Virus record (IMG/VR): IMGVR_UViG_3300031867_004305
Location: 117,043-181,042 of that record
Source: a virus
Lineage: Duplodnaviria; Caudoviricetes
DNA length: 64,000 nucleotides
Direction: 5' to 3' (one strand)
Within the stretch, counting starts at the first letter, position 1, and the number at the start of each line of letters is the position of its first letter. Made by a program: the position numbers and the translations under genes. Shown here one piece after another: positions 9,509-20,636 of the stretch. The notes beneath the pieces are model-generated. The model was not told the DNA's origin, searched no databases, and saw nothing but the letters and a program-made list of their open reading frames with translations.

Positions 9509-10914
9509 TGAGTGAGTTATTTATTACAGATCAATCAGGTGGCAAAAGTAATATTATTTCTCTTCAAGAAGCAACGATCACATTAGCAAATAATGAAAAC
9601 TATGTTTATGATGGAACTGAAAAAACTAGAAGTATTGCTAGTATAGTTATCGACGGGCAGACGCTAGTTGAAGGAAGAGATTATATTGTAGTAGGAAATA
9701 AGGGTACTAATGCGGGAACTTATATTATAAGTGCTTTTGGTATTATGAATTATAATGATGTAATCTCTGCTGAATGGACTATCGCAAAAGCACAAAGTTC
9801 TATTACTGCCACTCCTTCTGCTATGGAAATCCGTAGTATTGGTAACTCCGATACTTCAACTATTACATATATTGGCGATGGTGAATTAAGTGTAAGTAGC
9901 AGTAACGAAGGTATTGCTACCGCTTCACTTGATGAAAATATAGTAACTGTTGAAGATGTTGGAGCAGGTAGTGCTACTATTACTATTACTATTTCAGAAG
10001 GCAGAAATTATTTAGGTACTACGGCTACTATTGATGTTACAACATTAGCGGTTTCTAATATTTTAGAAGAAAATACCTGGGATAGTATTTCAAGAGTATC
10101 TAAAGCAGGTGAAGGAGCATTATATTGGAATGTAGGTGATTCCAAGGCTATTATTGTAAATGGAAAAATCGGTGATTATCTCACACTGAATAATCAAACT
10201 ATGTATGTATTTATTCTAGGCTTCAATCACATAGATGGTGGCGTAGAAGATAATAATATCATGTGGGGATGTTTTAAAAACGGTTCAAAAAATATAGGGT
10301 TACGTAGTGAAGGATATGGTAACTCTTATACTGATAGAGTAGATATGAATATGAATCATTGGGGAAATTATAATTATGGAGGATGGAAAGGATGTGATTT
10401 ACGCTATGACATTTTAGGTGCTACAGAAAAACGTCCTACTGACTATGGCACTCAAGTATCACAATATTCTCGCCTCGGTTATAATGCTACGAATATTGTT
10501 TTTACTAATCCTAAAGCTAATACGCTTATGGCTGCTCTTCCTAATGATTTACGCAGTATTATGCGATTACGCACCCATTATTGTGATAATCATGGAAGCG
10601 GTAATGATGGTTCATATTTTATAACTTCTGTTATAGACGGTATATCATTAATGATGGAATTTGAAGTATTTGGAAGTCGTACTTCTGCTAATTCTTATGA
10701 AAAAGATAAGCAAACACAATTTACTTATTTTAAAAATGGTAATTCTAAAATTTGTTATAGACATGATAATACTGGTAATACTATTACTTGTTGTCTTGGT
10801 TCTTCATATTCTGGTTATTCTGATAGATTTATAAGTATGGGAGATAGTTCTACATCTCCAAGTAATGGATATGCTAATATTGTGAGGGGAATCTTTTCAG
10901 TTTTTAAAACCTAA
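9508..10914 (+). CDS. Ig-like + DUF6273-like receptor-binding protein
   Basis: Same N-terminal Ig cassette as 3075/4679; different C-terminal domain (ILGFNH, GGWKGCDLR, EFEVFG). Confidence 0.55.
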   Translation: MSELFITDQSGGKSNIISLQEATITLANNENYVYDGTEKTRSIASIVIDGQTLVEGRDYIVVGNKGTNAGTYIISAFGIMNYNDVISAEWTIAKAQSSITATPSAMEIRSIGNSDTSTITYIGDGELSVSSSNEGIATASLDENIVTVEDVGAGSATITITISEGRNYLGTTATIDVTTLAVSNILEENTWDSISRVSKAGEGALYWNVGDSKAIIVNGKIGDYLTLNNQTMYVFILGFNHIDGGVEDNNIMWGCFKNGSKNIGLRSEGYGNSYTDRVDMNMNHWGNYNYGGWKGCDLRYDILGATEKRPTDYGTQVSQYSRLGYNATNIVFTNPKANTLMAALPNDLRSIMRLRTHYCDNHGSGNDGSYFITSVIDGISLMMEFEVFGSRTSANSYEKDKQTQFTYFKNGNSKICYRHDNTGNTITCCLGSSYSGYSDRFISMGDSSTSPSNGYANIVRGIFSVFKT

Positions 10915-10964
10915 TTTATAATTATTTCTATAAATAAAATATAGAGTAAAAGGAGGAAAATAAA

Positions 10965-12587
10965 ATGGGAGTACTAAATATTAAGTCTCAACAACTGCGG
11001 TCTTCCGTTTCACCTAAAACTTCAATTGCTCCAGCGATAATTAATCTAACTCCCGGTACAATTACTTATGATGGCACAGAGAAAACCCAGGGAGTAGATA
11101 ACATAATTTTTATGCTTACTGAAGGTACAGATTATATGCTTGCTGGTACAACCGCAATAAATGCAGGTACGCATACTATCACAGCAATAGGTACTAATAA
11201 TTACAAAGATACTGCTTCAATAGAATGGACTATACAAAAAGCAAATAGTTCTATTACACCAAGTGTCTCTTCCCTAAAAATCCAAGAGCCAGAAGATATT
11301 GGTACATTTACAATTATAACTACTGGTGATGGAACTATAAGTGTTTCAAGTAGTAACTCGGCAGTTGCTACAGCAACTCTAAATAATAATACTATAACCG
11401 TTACACCGATAGGAGAAGGAACTGCTACAATCATTGTTACTATTAGTGAAAGTAATAATTATAATGAAGCAAAAGCAAATGTAGAAGTAAATGTAGATTT
11501 TACAAAAGTATTTGGTGTAGTTTGGAATTATAATAGTTCTTCTCCTGTACTTACACGTCTTACACCAGCTAGTGATCCATTTGAATTTGTTAATACTATA
11601 GTTTTAGCTGATCCAATTCCAGCAATTGGAACAGGCCGTGGAAGCAGTCAGTTTGATAATTATATGCCATGGAAAGGAATGGAAGAATATAATGTAATAA
11701 ATAATGAAATTGTATATAAAAAAGGAGATAGCAATTTTAGTCGAGAAAATGATACTGTAATATATATACCAGAATTTTATTATAGAATAATATTAGATAG
11801 TGTAAATAGTAAACTCTATTTCTATATATCAAATCATCCATTTCAAGATTTCGAAAAGCATCCTGGCTCAGGAGCTTATATCGGAAAATATCACCTTGGT
11901 AGCGGATATGTCTGTAGAACAGGAATGGATCCACAAGTTAATATGACAAGAGCTACTGCTAGAACAAATATAACAAGTAATTTAGGTAGTAAGTGGTCTC
12001 AATGGGGCCTACATCATTGGAATGCTATCCAGTTACTATATATAATTGAATTTGCTCATTGGAATAGTCAATCTAAAATTGGCCTAGGACTTGTAAAGAA
12101 TAGTACACGTGAAAAAAGTGGAAAAACTGATACAATGACATATCATACTGGCATTGCTTCAGATTCTAATCTTTATGAGGCTGTTCAGTACAGAGGTATA
12201 GAGAACTTGTGGGGTAATGTAAACCAGTGGATTGATGGCGTAAATATGAATAGTAGTACAATTTACTGTTGTACTGATCCTTCTAAATATTATGATAGTA
12301 CAACTTCTAATTATATTAATTGTGGCTCTGTAACTACTAGTAGTGGTTATATTAGTAGTTTAAATATTAGCTCAAATGCAAATTGGGTAATATTACCTAA
12401 TGGTGCTAGCGGTACCAGTTCTACTTATATACCTGATTATTATGGATATTATAATAGTACTTGGTGGGTAATATTCGTAGGTGGTGGCCATGACTCAGAT
12501 AAACAAGCTGGTTTATTTTATACTTCAGGTGTTTATACATCCTATACAGGCTCATATATCACTTCCCGCCCAGTATTCATCCCCTAA
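10965..12587 (+). CDS. Ig-like + lectin-like receptor-binding protein (third paralogue)
   Basis: YRGIENLWGNVNQWIDG; terminal VGG...AGLFY...SRPVFIP. Confidence 0.65.
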   Translation: MGVLNIKSQQLRSSVSPKTSIAPAIINLTPGTITYDGTEKTQGVDNIIFMLTEGTDYMLAGTTAINAGTHTITAIGTNNYKDTASIEWTIQKANSSITPSVSSLKIQEPEDIGTFTIITTGDGTISVSSSNSAVATATLNNNTITVTPIGEGTATIIVTISESNNYNEAKANVEVNVDFTKVFGVVWNYNSSSPVLTRLTPASDPFEFVNTIVLADPIPAIGTGRGSSQFDNYMPWKGMEEYNVINNEIVYKKGDSNFSRENDTVIYIPEFYYRIILDSVNSKLYFYISNHPFQDFEKHPGSGAYIGKYHLGSGYVCRTGMDPQVNMTRATARTNITSNLGSKWSQWGLHHWNAIQLLYIIEFAHWNSQSKIGLGLVKNSTREKSGKTDTMTYHTGIASDSNLYEAVQYRGIENLWGNVNQWIDGVNMNSSTIYCCTDPSKYYDSTTSNYINCGSVTTSSGYISSLNISSNANWVILPNGASGTSSTYIPDYYGYYNSTWWVIFVGGGHDSDKQAGLFYTSGVYTSYTGSYITSRPVFIP

Positions 12588-12650
12588 TCCCAAAACAAAC
12601 AAACCCAAACCCATTCCCATTCTCACCACAATATATAAGGAGGAAACAAC

Positions 12651-12803
12651 ATGCTAGCAAAACTATGGGCCGATCAAATTATTGACGGCAACAAAAAGTT
12701 CAGCGAAGTTCCTCGCCTTTTAAAGGAACAAGTCCGAGCGATTCTTATTGAGAAGGAACGTGAAGATTTATTAGAAGAGCAGGAGGTAACACAAAATGAG
12801 TAA
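12651..12803 (+). CDS. CD1375-like small protein
   Basis: Read from sequence: MLAKLWADQIIDGNKKFSEVPRLLKEQVRAIL...; AGGAGG RBS. Confidence 0.6.
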   Translation: MLAKLWADQIIDGNKKFSEVPRLLKEQVRAILIEKEREDLLEEQEVTQNE

Positions 12804-14247
12804 CATAATGACAAAACGTGGTTCACAAGATAACGTAGTGACTTACGAACATTATTGTGATACCACAGCAGATTTGACTAATATACCTAAAAACCAAATT
12901 ACACTTGGGTCTATCGCGGTGGTACTACAAGATGAAGATGGCGGATTAGGTATTTATATCGCGAGCTCAAATAAAGAATGGATCGCAGTTTCAACCTCTA
13001 GTGGAGGAGCTGGTGGAGGTATTCCTTTTGTTGGCAAACTGCCTATCCATTTGTGCGGTGAAGGTGAATATGACGCTGAAACCGGCAAGCCGACAGTGGA
13101 AAGCCCGGAGGAAGATATTTTCTACCTTGTTCCTACAGGTGATTCGTTGGGTGATGACCAGTTTAAGGCTTGGGTGTATTCCGAAGGCCGCTGGGAAAGC
13201 TGGGAAAGCATGAGTGTTGAAATCCCGCAAAGCGACTGGAATCAGAGTGACCCTACGGCGACGGATTATATCAAGAATAAGCCCGCGATTAAAGCAGGAA
13301 CAGGCACAAGCTCTATCTTGGAGGCCAGTGCGGCTGTGGCAAGCGGGCCACAGTCCCATGCCGAGGGTGCTGGCACAAAAGCAAGCGGGCCACAGTCCCA
13401 TGCCGAGGGTGGTGGCACAGAAGCAAGCGGGATACAGTCCCATGCCGAGGGTAGTGGCACAAAAGCAAGCGGGGCACAGTCCCATGCCGAGGGTGCTGGC
13501 ACAAAAGCAAGCGGGGTACAGTCCCATGCCGAAGGTAGTAGCACAGAAGCAAGCGGGCCACAGTCCCATGCCGAGGGTAATGGCACAAAGGCATTGGGGC
13601 AGACTGACCATAGCGAAGGATACCAGTGTGTAGCGGGCGCTGCAACCGGTGGTCAACCAGGCAATCATGCCGAAGGTTACGGAACAAAAGCAACGGGTGG
13701 CGCGTCCCATGCCGAAGGTTACGGAACAACAGCAAGCGGGGAACAGTCCCATGCCGAGGGTAATGGCACAACAGCAAGCGGGCAACAGTCCCATGCCGAA
13801 GGTGGTGGCACAAAAGCAAGCGAGGCATATTCCCATGCCGAAGGTGGTGGCACAAAAGCAACGGGTGTCGCGTCCCATGCCGAAGGTGGTGGCACAGAAG
13901 CAAGCGGGCCACAGTCCCATGCCGAGGGTGGTGGCACAAAAGCAAGCGGGCCACAGTCCCATGCCGAGGGTAGTGGCACAACAGCAAATCATGCAAGCCA
14001 ACATGTATTTGGCGAATACAATATTGCAGATAGTTCTGCAGAAGCAGAAACAAAACGAGGCGACTATGTTGAAATCGTTGGTAACGGTACAAAGAATGAC
14101 GCTCGTTCCAACGCACGTACCCTTGACTGGTCTGGCAATGAATGGCTGGCCGGGAACTTGACGGCGGCTGGCGGCAGTATCACAATAGGTGCTACGACTA
14201 TTACCGAAGCGCAGTTGCAGGCGTTACTTGCACTGCTGAATGCTTAA
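12796..14247 (+). CDS. Tail fibre/adhesin with YadA-head-like 14-aa SHAEG repeats
   Basis: ASGxQSHAEGxGTx repeats; IVGNG...RSNARTLDWSGN motif. Confidence 0.7.
   Translation: MSNIMTKRGSQDNVVTYEHYCDTTADLTNIPKNQITLGSIAVVLQDEDGGLGIYIASSNKEWIAVSTSSGGAGGGIPFVGKLPIHLCGEGEYDAETGKPTVESPEEDIFYLVPTGDSLGDDQFKAWVYSEGRWESWESMSVEIPQSDWNQSDPTATDYIKNKPAIKAGTGTSSILEASAAVASGPQSHAEGAGTKASGPQSHAEGGGTEASGIQSHAEGSGTKASGAQSHAEGAGTKASGVQSHAEGSSTEASGPQSHAEGNGTKALGQTDHSEGYQCVAGAATGGQPGNHAEGYGTKATGGASHAEGYGTTASGEQSHAEGNGTTASGQQSHAEGGGTKASEAYSHAEGGGTKATGVASHAEGGGTEASGPQSHAEGGGTKASGPQSHAEGSGTTANHASQHVFGEYNIADSSAEAETKRGDYVEIVGNGTKNDARSNARTLDWSGNEWLAGNLTAAGGSITIGATTITEAQLQALLALLNA
13340..13990 (+). repeat. 42-nt coding tandem repeat (about 15 units, some degenerate)
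   Basis: Unit GCAAGCGGGCCACAGTCCCATGCCGAGGGTGGTGGCACAAAA. Confidence 0.9.
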
Positions 14248-14408
14248 CGTCCAATGTAGTCCACGATTCCCGGAACTATGAAATCATGGGTGAAATGGAC
14301 ACATTAAGCAATTCTGGAAAATACTGGTATTTCTGATAAATACCAAAAGGAAGAAGGGCTACTCAGTAGCCCTTATAATAAAAACTAAATTAAAATTGAA
14401 ATAATAAT

Positions 14409-14458
14409 ATTTAACTCCATTTTAATCTCCATAAAACAATATTAAAATGGAGTTAAAT
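14409..14458. repeat. 18-bp perfect inverted repeat
   Basis: ATTTAACTCCATTTTAAT ... ATTAAAATGGAGTTAAAT. Confidence 0.8.
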
Positions 14459-14487
14459 TAATATAAAATAAAATGGTGGTGAGCCAA

Positions 14488-14679
14488 ATGAATATAATGA
14501 CAAAACGCGGCTCGGAAGATAACATCGTAACTTACGAGCATTATTGTGATACCGCCACTGATATGCAAAACATAGACCCAAAATACATCACTCTTGGTTC
14601 CATCTGTATTGTAGTAAAGGGAGCAACTGGCTTAGAGGTATATATCGCAGGTAGTGATAAACAGTGGGCTATCGTATAA
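14488..14679 (+). CDS. Small protein paralogous to N-terminus of 12796-14247
   Basis: NIMTKRGS.DN.VTYEHYCDT shared between the two. Confidence 0.7.
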   Translation: MNIMTKRGSEDNIVTYEHYCDTATDMQNIDPKYITLGSICIVVKGATGLEVYIAGSDKQWAIV

Positions 14680-14691
14680 GGAGGTAATACA

Positions 14692-16518
14692 ATGGACATA
14701 ATTGATATCATCCTAGCCAAAAAACAAGCACAAGGTACTGGTGCGGCCTTAGCAGCGGCCGCACAACAGGCCATTGTAGACGCAAATAACGCGACTTCCA
14801 CAGTAAATGGTTTATTGGACGACGCCCAATCCGCTACCGAAGCAGCGAATGCCGCGAACGCACAAGCACAGGCCGCCGCGGCAATCTATGATGGTCTACT
14901 TGCCATAACCGACGAAGCTTTTGTAGCGGAACTAGAACCACAACTAACTGAAATCGTTTCTGACTACGCAGTAGAAAATGTAACAGTAGAAGAAGAAACC
15001 GAACCTGCTGTCAAAACCAAAAAACTCAAAGTCCGCAAAAAGAACATCGACAATGCCTACACCCTAATGAAGTCCTACACTACCACAGGCAACAACGAAG
15101 ATGGCACTATGACCCAAAAGGCCATAACTGATGCTATCGCGGCGATACCTACTGGTGGCGGTAATAGCGGTTCCATCTCTATCGATGCCGACCCAGGACA
15201 CCTTGTTGTAGTAGGACAAGATGGCGAATTAACAGCAACTGACCTAACCGAAGATGACCTAATTCGTACAGCGGTTGCTATGGGAACCTATCAACCCAAG
15301 GACGCACTAGGACTAGAAATTGACTACGAAAATAAAACTTTTACCCGCCTATACAGCAACACAACATCCACCAACTTCGATGCCTTCGATATGTTTGGCG
15401 GCCGCAAGCGTTGTATCGTATCTGACGCGGGCGAAATCGTAGCTTTCCATGGCCAAAATAATTACGTTGAAGATGGCTCACTAGGCCAAGTTATGGTCTA
15501 TCAGCCCAAATTTTACTACCTAATCCAACCTACCAAACTGGACGGTAATAAAATCCTAAAAGAAATTGTAGCAATTTCTTCAACCAAACAATCAGGCTTA
15601 GCTCTATTCCCGCTATTCTACGACGCCAATGGCAATGAACTAGAATATGCTCTACTTCCAGCCTATGAAGGATGTGCCTATCGCACAAATTCAAGCACTT
15701 ACGTACTAGACGACGCACAAACAGTCAATCTAACAAACGATAAGCTCTCATCTATCGCTGGAGCCAAGCCTATTTCAGGTGAAACTCAAGCCTTTACTGT
15801 TTCCGCCGCGACCAAAATGGCTTCCAATCGTGGAAACGGCTGGCAAATTACTAATCTACCTTTTGAAGCACTAAATCAAATCTTAATGTCAATTGAATTT
15901 GGTACCTTAAACGTCCAAAGTGCTTTCTATCGTGGTATAGTAGACCTACAAAATCAAACTACAAATGCCAGTTGTATTACTGGTGCTACCGCAACATTAG
16001 GTTCTCAGAGTGGTATGGCGGAAACTACAACTCAAACCTACGGTCTCACAACCGAAACTCTTACTGGTAACGGCAAAAGTTCCATTTCCTATCGTGGTAT
16101 GGAAAATCCATATGGTAATATTTGGCGTTTTGTTGGCGGCGTAAAAGTAAGTAGTGGTAAATTCAGTTACAACACTCACCAGTTATCATTTGCCCTACCA
16201 ACCAATACAAGTTGGATTTCCGCTTTTGGATATGACCGCGAAATGCCTTGGGCTTTCTTACCAATTGAATGTACTGGTGCGAATAGTTCCTTACCTGTGG
16301 GTGACCAATTCTTCCCCATCGCAGGTAATGATGATGAATACTGTTGTGTTGCCGGAGGTAAAAATTCTTCAGCAAACAGTGCTGGACCATTCTACTATGG
16401 TGTAGACCATAAATATAATATTTTCGCCTACTCCTATAGTGCACGCATAATGTATATTCCCACCGCTACGAACTCTTACTATCAATCTAACCTAACAAAA
16501 TGGAGGGGAGTAAGATGA
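14692..16518 (+). CDS. Tail protein with lectin-like C-terminal domain
   Basis: QVMVYQPKFYY; SYRGMENPYGNIWRFV; terminal GG...AGPFYY...SARIMYIP. Confidence 0.6.
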   Translation: MDIIDIILAKKQAQGTGAALAAAAQQAIVDANNATSTVNGLLDDAQSATEAANAANAQAQAAAAIYDGLLAITDEAFVAELEPQLTEIVSDYAVENVTVEEETEPAVKTKKLKVRKKNIDNAYTLMKSYTTTGNNEDGTMTQKAITDAIAAIPTGGGNSGSISIDADPGHLVVVGQDGELTATDLTEDDLIRTAVAMGTYQPKDALGLEIDYENKTFTRLYSNTTSTNFDAFDMFGGRKRCIVSDAGEIVAFHGQNNYVEDGSLGQVMVYQPKFYYLIQPTKLDGNKILKEIVAISSTKQSGLALFPLFYDANGNELEYALLPAYEGCAYRTNSSTYVLDDAQTVNLTNDKLSSIAGAKPISGETQAFTVSAATKMASNRGNGWQITNLPFEALNQILMSIEFGTLNVQSAFYRGIVDLQNQTTNASCITGATATLGSQSGMAETTTQTYGLTTETLTGNGKSSISYRGMENPYGNIWRFVGGVKVSSGKFSYNTHQLSFALPTNTSWISAFGYDREMPWAFLPIECTGANSSLPVGDQFFPIAGNDDEYCCVAGGKNSSANSAGPFYYGVDHKYNIFAYSYSARIMYIPTATNSYYQSNLTKWRGVR

Positions 16519-16793
16519 TTAAACATGGAACAACCTATTCATCAATTCGTCCCCAAGGGATAGAAATAAACGAGTCAAAAGTTTTTGTCGCTACAAACAT
16601 CGTAGAGACTACAGGAGAAAATGACCACGGTGATTTTCTTACTTACTATTCCTACGATTTAGATGAATATGATAAAAATGAGTATATGGGAATGCTTGCG
16701 GAAAAAAATATCCAATTAGAGCAAGAATTACTAAATACTCAAATGGCTCTTTGCGACCTATATGAAGCAATGGAAAAAGGGGGTAGTTTATAA
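16515..16793 (+). CDS. Tail-fibre-associated hypothetical protein
   Basis: RBS; terminal TQMALCDLYE motif. Confidence 0.55.
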   Translation: MIKHGTTYSSIRPQGIEINESKVFVATNIVETTGENDHGDFLTYYSYDLDEYDKNEYMGMLAEKNIQLEQELLNTQMALCDLYEAMEKGGSL

Positions 16794-16903
16794 TGGCAAA
16801 GATTTATGCTAACCTCATTATACACGGCCTCAAAACATTAGATGATGTTCCGCAACATTTGCGGCTTGCTGTAGAAACATTACTTATGAAAGAAAATGTT
16901 TGA
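16793..16903 (+). CDS. CD1375-like small protein
   Basis: Read from sequence: MAKIYANLIIHGLKTLDDVPQHLRLAVETLLMKENV. Confidence 0.6.
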   Translation: MAKIYANLIIHGLKTLDDVPQHLRLAVETLLMKENV

Positions 16904-16928
16904 CTTTTTTTGAAAATTGGGTTATAAT
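16900..16928 (+). promoter_or_regulatory. sigmaA-type promoter, first of about 20 similar copies
   Basis: TTGACT-17 bp-TATAAT. Confidence 0.85.
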
Positions 16929-16993
16929 TATTACATCAGGAGGAGGAAAGGAACTCTTTCCTGATGTAATAAATTATAAGGAGAGGAACTTAT

Positions 16994-17296
16994 ATGAAGT
17001 ATTATTCAGAGGTACTAAACAAGTATTATGACAATGCTAATGATTGTCTAACTGCTGAGCGTGAATATAAGGCAAAGCAGGAAAAGGAAGAGTATGAAAA
17101 GAAGCGTGTTGCGGCCGAACGCAAGGCAGCCGCAGATAAGGTTGAAGCCGCACGCAAGGTTATGACTGAGGCTCAGTCAAACTACAAGAAGGAACTAGAA
17201 GCCTTCTGTGCTAAGTATGGTAGTTATCACTACTCTACTAAGGACGTAAGTGATATTCCTACCCTATTTAGTGATATTTTCAATATCTTTTCCTAA
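16994..17296 (+). CDS. Hypothetical coiled-coil protein
   Basis: ORF with RBS downstream of promoter. Confidence 0.65.
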   Translation: MKYYSEVLNKYYDNANDCLTAEREYKAKQEKEEYEKKRVAAERKAAADKVEAARKVMTEAQSNYKKELEAFCAKYGSYHYSTKDVSDIPTLFSDIFNIFS

Positions 17297-17321
17297 CAAA
17301 CGCCCGTGAAAACGGGCATAT

Positions 17322-17414
17322 GCCCGCGTACTCAAGTTTGGCTGAAGAGGTCGGTCTTGAAAACCGAGAGGTCAGGAAACTGGCGCAGGGGTTCAAATCC
17401 TCTCGCGGGCGCCA
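17322..17414 (+). tRNA. tRNA-Ser(UGA)
   Basis: Cloverleaf; TCGGT-CTTGAAA-ACCGA; long variable arm; GCCA end. Confidence 0.92.
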
Positions 17415-17429
17415 TGTCCCATTAGCGGT

Positions 17430-17527
17430 TAGGCACACACAGCAATTTTTATTTATTATAAGAATTGTATTATTTGTTTGTTTTCGTGCCGCGGCTGATA
17501 GTACAAAAATAATTTTGATGTGCCTAG
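17430..17527 (+). ncRNA. CAGCAA-family stem RNA 1
   Basis: TAGGCACA-CACAGCAA ... TGTGCCTAG terminal stem. Confidence 0.65.
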
Positions 17528-17575
17528 AAAATACAATCTGAAATTATTAGTAGTGCTATTGGTCGCGAGAATTAT

Positions 17576-17652
17576 GCCGGTGTAGTTCAGATGTATAGAA
17601 CAACAGTCCTCTAAATTGTAAGTCGTGGGTTAGAGCCCCACCGCCGGTGCCA
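17576..17652 (+). tRNA. Atypical tRNA, Arg(UCU)-like
   Basis: Cloverleaf with CCA; loop CCTCTAA (C at position 33); T-loop TTAGAGC. Confidence 0.6.
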
Positions 17653-17668
17653 TTTAAAAGAGGTAAAA

Positions 17669-18643
17669 ATGAAACTACAATTCCTAATTCCTCAATACAG
17701 AGAAACAGAGGAAATGATTTGGCCTTTACTTACTTCAATTGCTCTTCAGCGTAGATTAGACTTTTCTGAGATAGGTGCTATCATTTGTAATGATGGTAGT
17801 GATACGATATTATCAGAAAGCTTTTTAGCACAATTTCCATATAGGATAGAATATATTCGTGCACCGCACGGCGGAGTATCTGCCGCGCGCAATATTTGTT
17901 TGCGACAAGCTACCGCAGATTATGTTATGTTTTGTGATGCGGATGATATGTTTTGTTCTACACATGAGTTGTGGCAGGCTTTGGATTCGCTTTATAAAGA
18001 CCCGTGTGATGTTTTGGTCTGTGATTATATAGAAGAATGGGCTACTTCGAAACAAAAATATACTTATAAAACTGTTACTGAACCAGACCATACTATTCAC
18101 GGGAAGATTTTTTCCCGTGTTTTTCTAATGGAAAAACAAATTTTTTGGAATGAAAAATTAACAAATATAGAAGATAATTATTTTTGTTTTTTAGTTTATA
18201 GCGAAAATCCAAAATTAGGGCAATACCATTATTCTACATATATGTATTGTAATTCAGAAGGCTCAATCACGCATAAGTTAGATTATAATTATTTTTCTAC
18301 ATTGGACGTTATTAAATGTTTTGTAGCGTTAATAGAAGAACTGCTGCGACGAGGTAATTATAATTGGGCACAAGATATGCTATTGAGTGTTTATTATAAA
18401 ATTTTCTTTACTACAAATCTAGAAGAATGGCAAACAGAAGAAAGAAGGGATTTAAAAACTAAAGTTGAACAAAGTTTTAAAAAAGAACTCCTTCCTTATT
18501 GGGATTTATATCTACAAACCAATGAGGAACAACGAGTTCAATTGTATAAGGAAACTAAAGTAGCTATAGAATATATTTGGCATCCATTTATTGAAACTAT
18601 TAGTTTCAAAGATTGGATAGAATATATAAGGGGGTTAACATGA
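17669..18643 (+). CDS. Glycosyltransferase family 2
   Basis: IPQY...CNDGSD...GVSAARN...YVMFCDADD motifs. Confidence 0.88.
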   Translation: MKLQFLIPQYRETEEMIWPLLTSIALQRRLDFSEIGAIICNDGSDTILSESFLAQFPYRIEYIRAPHGGVSAARNICLRQATADYVMFCDADDMFCSTHELWQALDSLYKDPCDVLVCDYIEEWATSKQKYTYKTVTEPDHTIHGKIFSRVFLMEKQIFWNEKLTNIEDNYFCFLVYSENPKLGQYHYSTYMYCNSEGSITHKLDYNYFSTLDVIKCFVALIEELLRRGNYNWAQDMLLSVYYKIFFTTNLEEWQTEERRDLKTKVEQSFKKELLPYWDLYLQTNEEQRVQLYKETKVAIEYIWHPFIETISFKDWIEYIRGLT

Positions 18644-20544
18644 AAAAACTAATTACAGCAATTTTACTCCTCTTCTTCATTCCCCACATTCTTCTCGCAG
18701 AAGAAATTACTTCTATCCAAGACATTCTTCCATCAGAAGAAACTTTGTCTATTGAGGATACCGAAGTAATCATATCAGCGGAAGAAGAATTAACTCCAGA
18801 AGAATACACATTCAATCTTGAGCCGGAAGTTGAATTTATTGCTTCTAATGAAACAGAAGAAGAAGAAACAACCGAAGAAGAAACAACCGAAGGAGAAGAG
18901 GAAGAAGAAGAAACAACCGATGAAGAAACAGTAGTCTTTAAAGGAGAAGTTGAACTAACCGAAACACTCGGTATAGTAGATATTTCTCAAACCGTAAGCG
19001 TTTATAACTACTTCTACGACCGTGTAGCCAAGAAGTATTCAGTTCCTATGCAGACTGAAGTAAAACAACTAGGGCTTGACGCATACGTGCGTGTGCACCT
19101 AAATGCTTATCGCACGGTCAAGGCAACAGACGAAGAAGAAGAAATAGACTGGGATTTTCTTGAATGTGGCGTTTTAGACGCAGACGGAAATCTTCTTGAA
19201 GAAGGAACTCCCGACTATGTACTTATTGGTGATACAGTATACTACACCAAAATACTACCAAAGGGATATACTTTTTACGTAGCTTATTACGGACGTTTTA
19301 ATGACTATCAGCATTTAGCAACTAGTTCTCGCGTTAGCACTCGTCCTAGTGCCGACGCAGTTCAAAGTCAAAATTTTTATCCTGACTTTAGTAGCGACGA
19401 CCCTTGGAATAACATAAATATTCAAGAAAAAGAAAAAGACGAAGTAGAACAAGTAGCTTCTTTGACTTTTGAAGTCATAGAAGGCGAAGATTACGGAGAA
19501 CTTGAAGCGACAGTAGATGAAGAACAACTAAAAAATTATGCGATGCCAGGCGATAATATAGAGATGGAAGTCCAATTAGATGTAACTGGCGAAGAAGGCT
19601 ATATTTATGAAGTATTTCATAATATCAAAGCAATAACTTCTATGTCAGAACTAACCGATTCTATCATAGAAAATCTAAAAGTTTGGTTATCTGTAGACAA
19701 TGAAGAAAGAAATGAAATATATAATTCTGAAATACCTGAAGAAAAACAGTCATTAGGCCAATATATCAAAGGCCAAATACTAAATCTATGGTATTCTTTT
19801 ACACTCGCACCCGAATTAGATAATGATTTTGAAAGTGAACAACTCACTATCAAAACAGAATACGAATACGCAATCGCGGCGACCCCTACACCTTCACCTA
19901 CACCGACGCCAACTCCATCTCCAACCCCAACACCTACTCCATCGCCATCTCCTACACCTACACCAAGTCCTACTCCTACACCAACACCTAGCCCTACTCC
20001 CACTCCAACTCCCAGTCCTACCCCAACAATAACACCTTCTCCTAGTCCAACTCCAACACCAACTCCAACGCCTACACCCACACCTACCCCAACTCCAACA
20101 CCAACACCTACTCCTAAACCTACACATACGCACAAACCAACTTCAACACCAAAACCGACTCGTACTCCTAAACCTACAGAGGAAGTAGTTATAATAGTAA
20201 CTCCTACACCCACACCTACGCCCACTCCTACTTCTTCTCCTACTCCCACTCCTATTCCTACTCCAACCCCAACACCCACTCCAAAACCAACGATGTCACC
20301 ACGCGAGAAGGAACGTATTAGAAATTACATTATCAAAAATCGCGATACTGACCCAAGACTAAGCCAATACAAAGACATGACTGTAGAAGAATTAGAAGAG
20401 TTAATTGACCTTCTAGATTATGAAACTCCTTTGTATGGCGAGTTACTCAAAACAGGAGACGAAATCCCTATTTATCCATTTATTTTTGCGGGTGCGGGTA
20501 TATTAATTCTTTTATTTGCGATTTTCCGCAAACGTATTATTTGA
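18640..20544 (+). CDS. Secreted Pro/Thr-rich protein with sortase-type anchor
   Basis: Signal peptide; acidic domain; (PT/PS)n stalk; [16 protein letters not shown] + TM helix + RKR tail. Confidence 0.75.
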   Translation: MKKLITAILLLFFIPHILLAEEITSIQDILPSEETLSIEDTEVIISAEEELTPEEYTFNLEPEVEFIASNETEEEETTEEETTEGEEEEEETTDEETVVFKGEVELTETLGIVDISQTVSVYNYFYDRVAKKYSVPMQTEVKQLGLDAYVRVHLNAYRTVKATDEEEEIDWDFLECGVLDADGNLLEEGTPDYVLIGDTVYYTKILPKGYTFYVAYYGRFNDYQHLATSSRVSTRPSADAVQSQNFYPDFSSDDPWNNINIQEKEKDEVEQVASLTFEVIEGEDYGELEATVDEEQLKNYAMPGDNIEMEVQLDVTGEEGYIYEVFHNIKAITSMSELTDSIIENLKVWLSVDNEERNEIYNSEIPEEKQSLGQYIKGQILNLWYSFTLAPELDNDFESEQLTIKTEYEYAIAATPTPSPTPTPTPSPTPTPTPSPSPTPTPSPTPTPTPSPTPTPTPSPTPTITPSPSPTPTPTPTPTPTPTPTPTPTPTPKPTHTHKPTSTPKPTRTPKPTEEVVIIVTPTPTPTPTPTSSPTPTPIPTPTPTPTPKPTMSPREKERIRNYIIKNRDTDPRLSQYKDMTVEELEELIDLLDYETPLYGELLKTGDEIPIYPFIFAGAGILILLFAIFRKRII

Positions 20545-20569
20545 CTTTACATAAAAATTCTGCTATAAT
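20541..20569 (+). promoter_or_regulatory. sigmaA-type promoter for tRNA cluster
   Basis: TTGACT-17 bp-TATAAT with TG extension. Confidence 0.85.
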
Positions 20570-20636
20570 TATATTGTAAGGTTGAGAAAGGGCTACACTT
20601 CCTCCCTAGTCATAATGACTTAAAGAAGTGTTTTAT

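Noticed and set aside
13340-13990. CRISPR array
   Set aside because: In-frame 42-nt coding repeats with no unique spacers
12991-14161. Overlapping ORFs in several frames
   Set aside because: Artefact of a stop-poor tandem repeat
17576-17652. Amber suppressor tRNA (CUA) and stop-codon recoding
   Set aside because: The stem register gives loop CCTCTAA (UCU), not CTCTAAA; known genes are full length in code 11 and some ORFs end in TAG
19617-20279. (GV)n minus-strand ORF
   Set aside because: Antisense of the PT repeat
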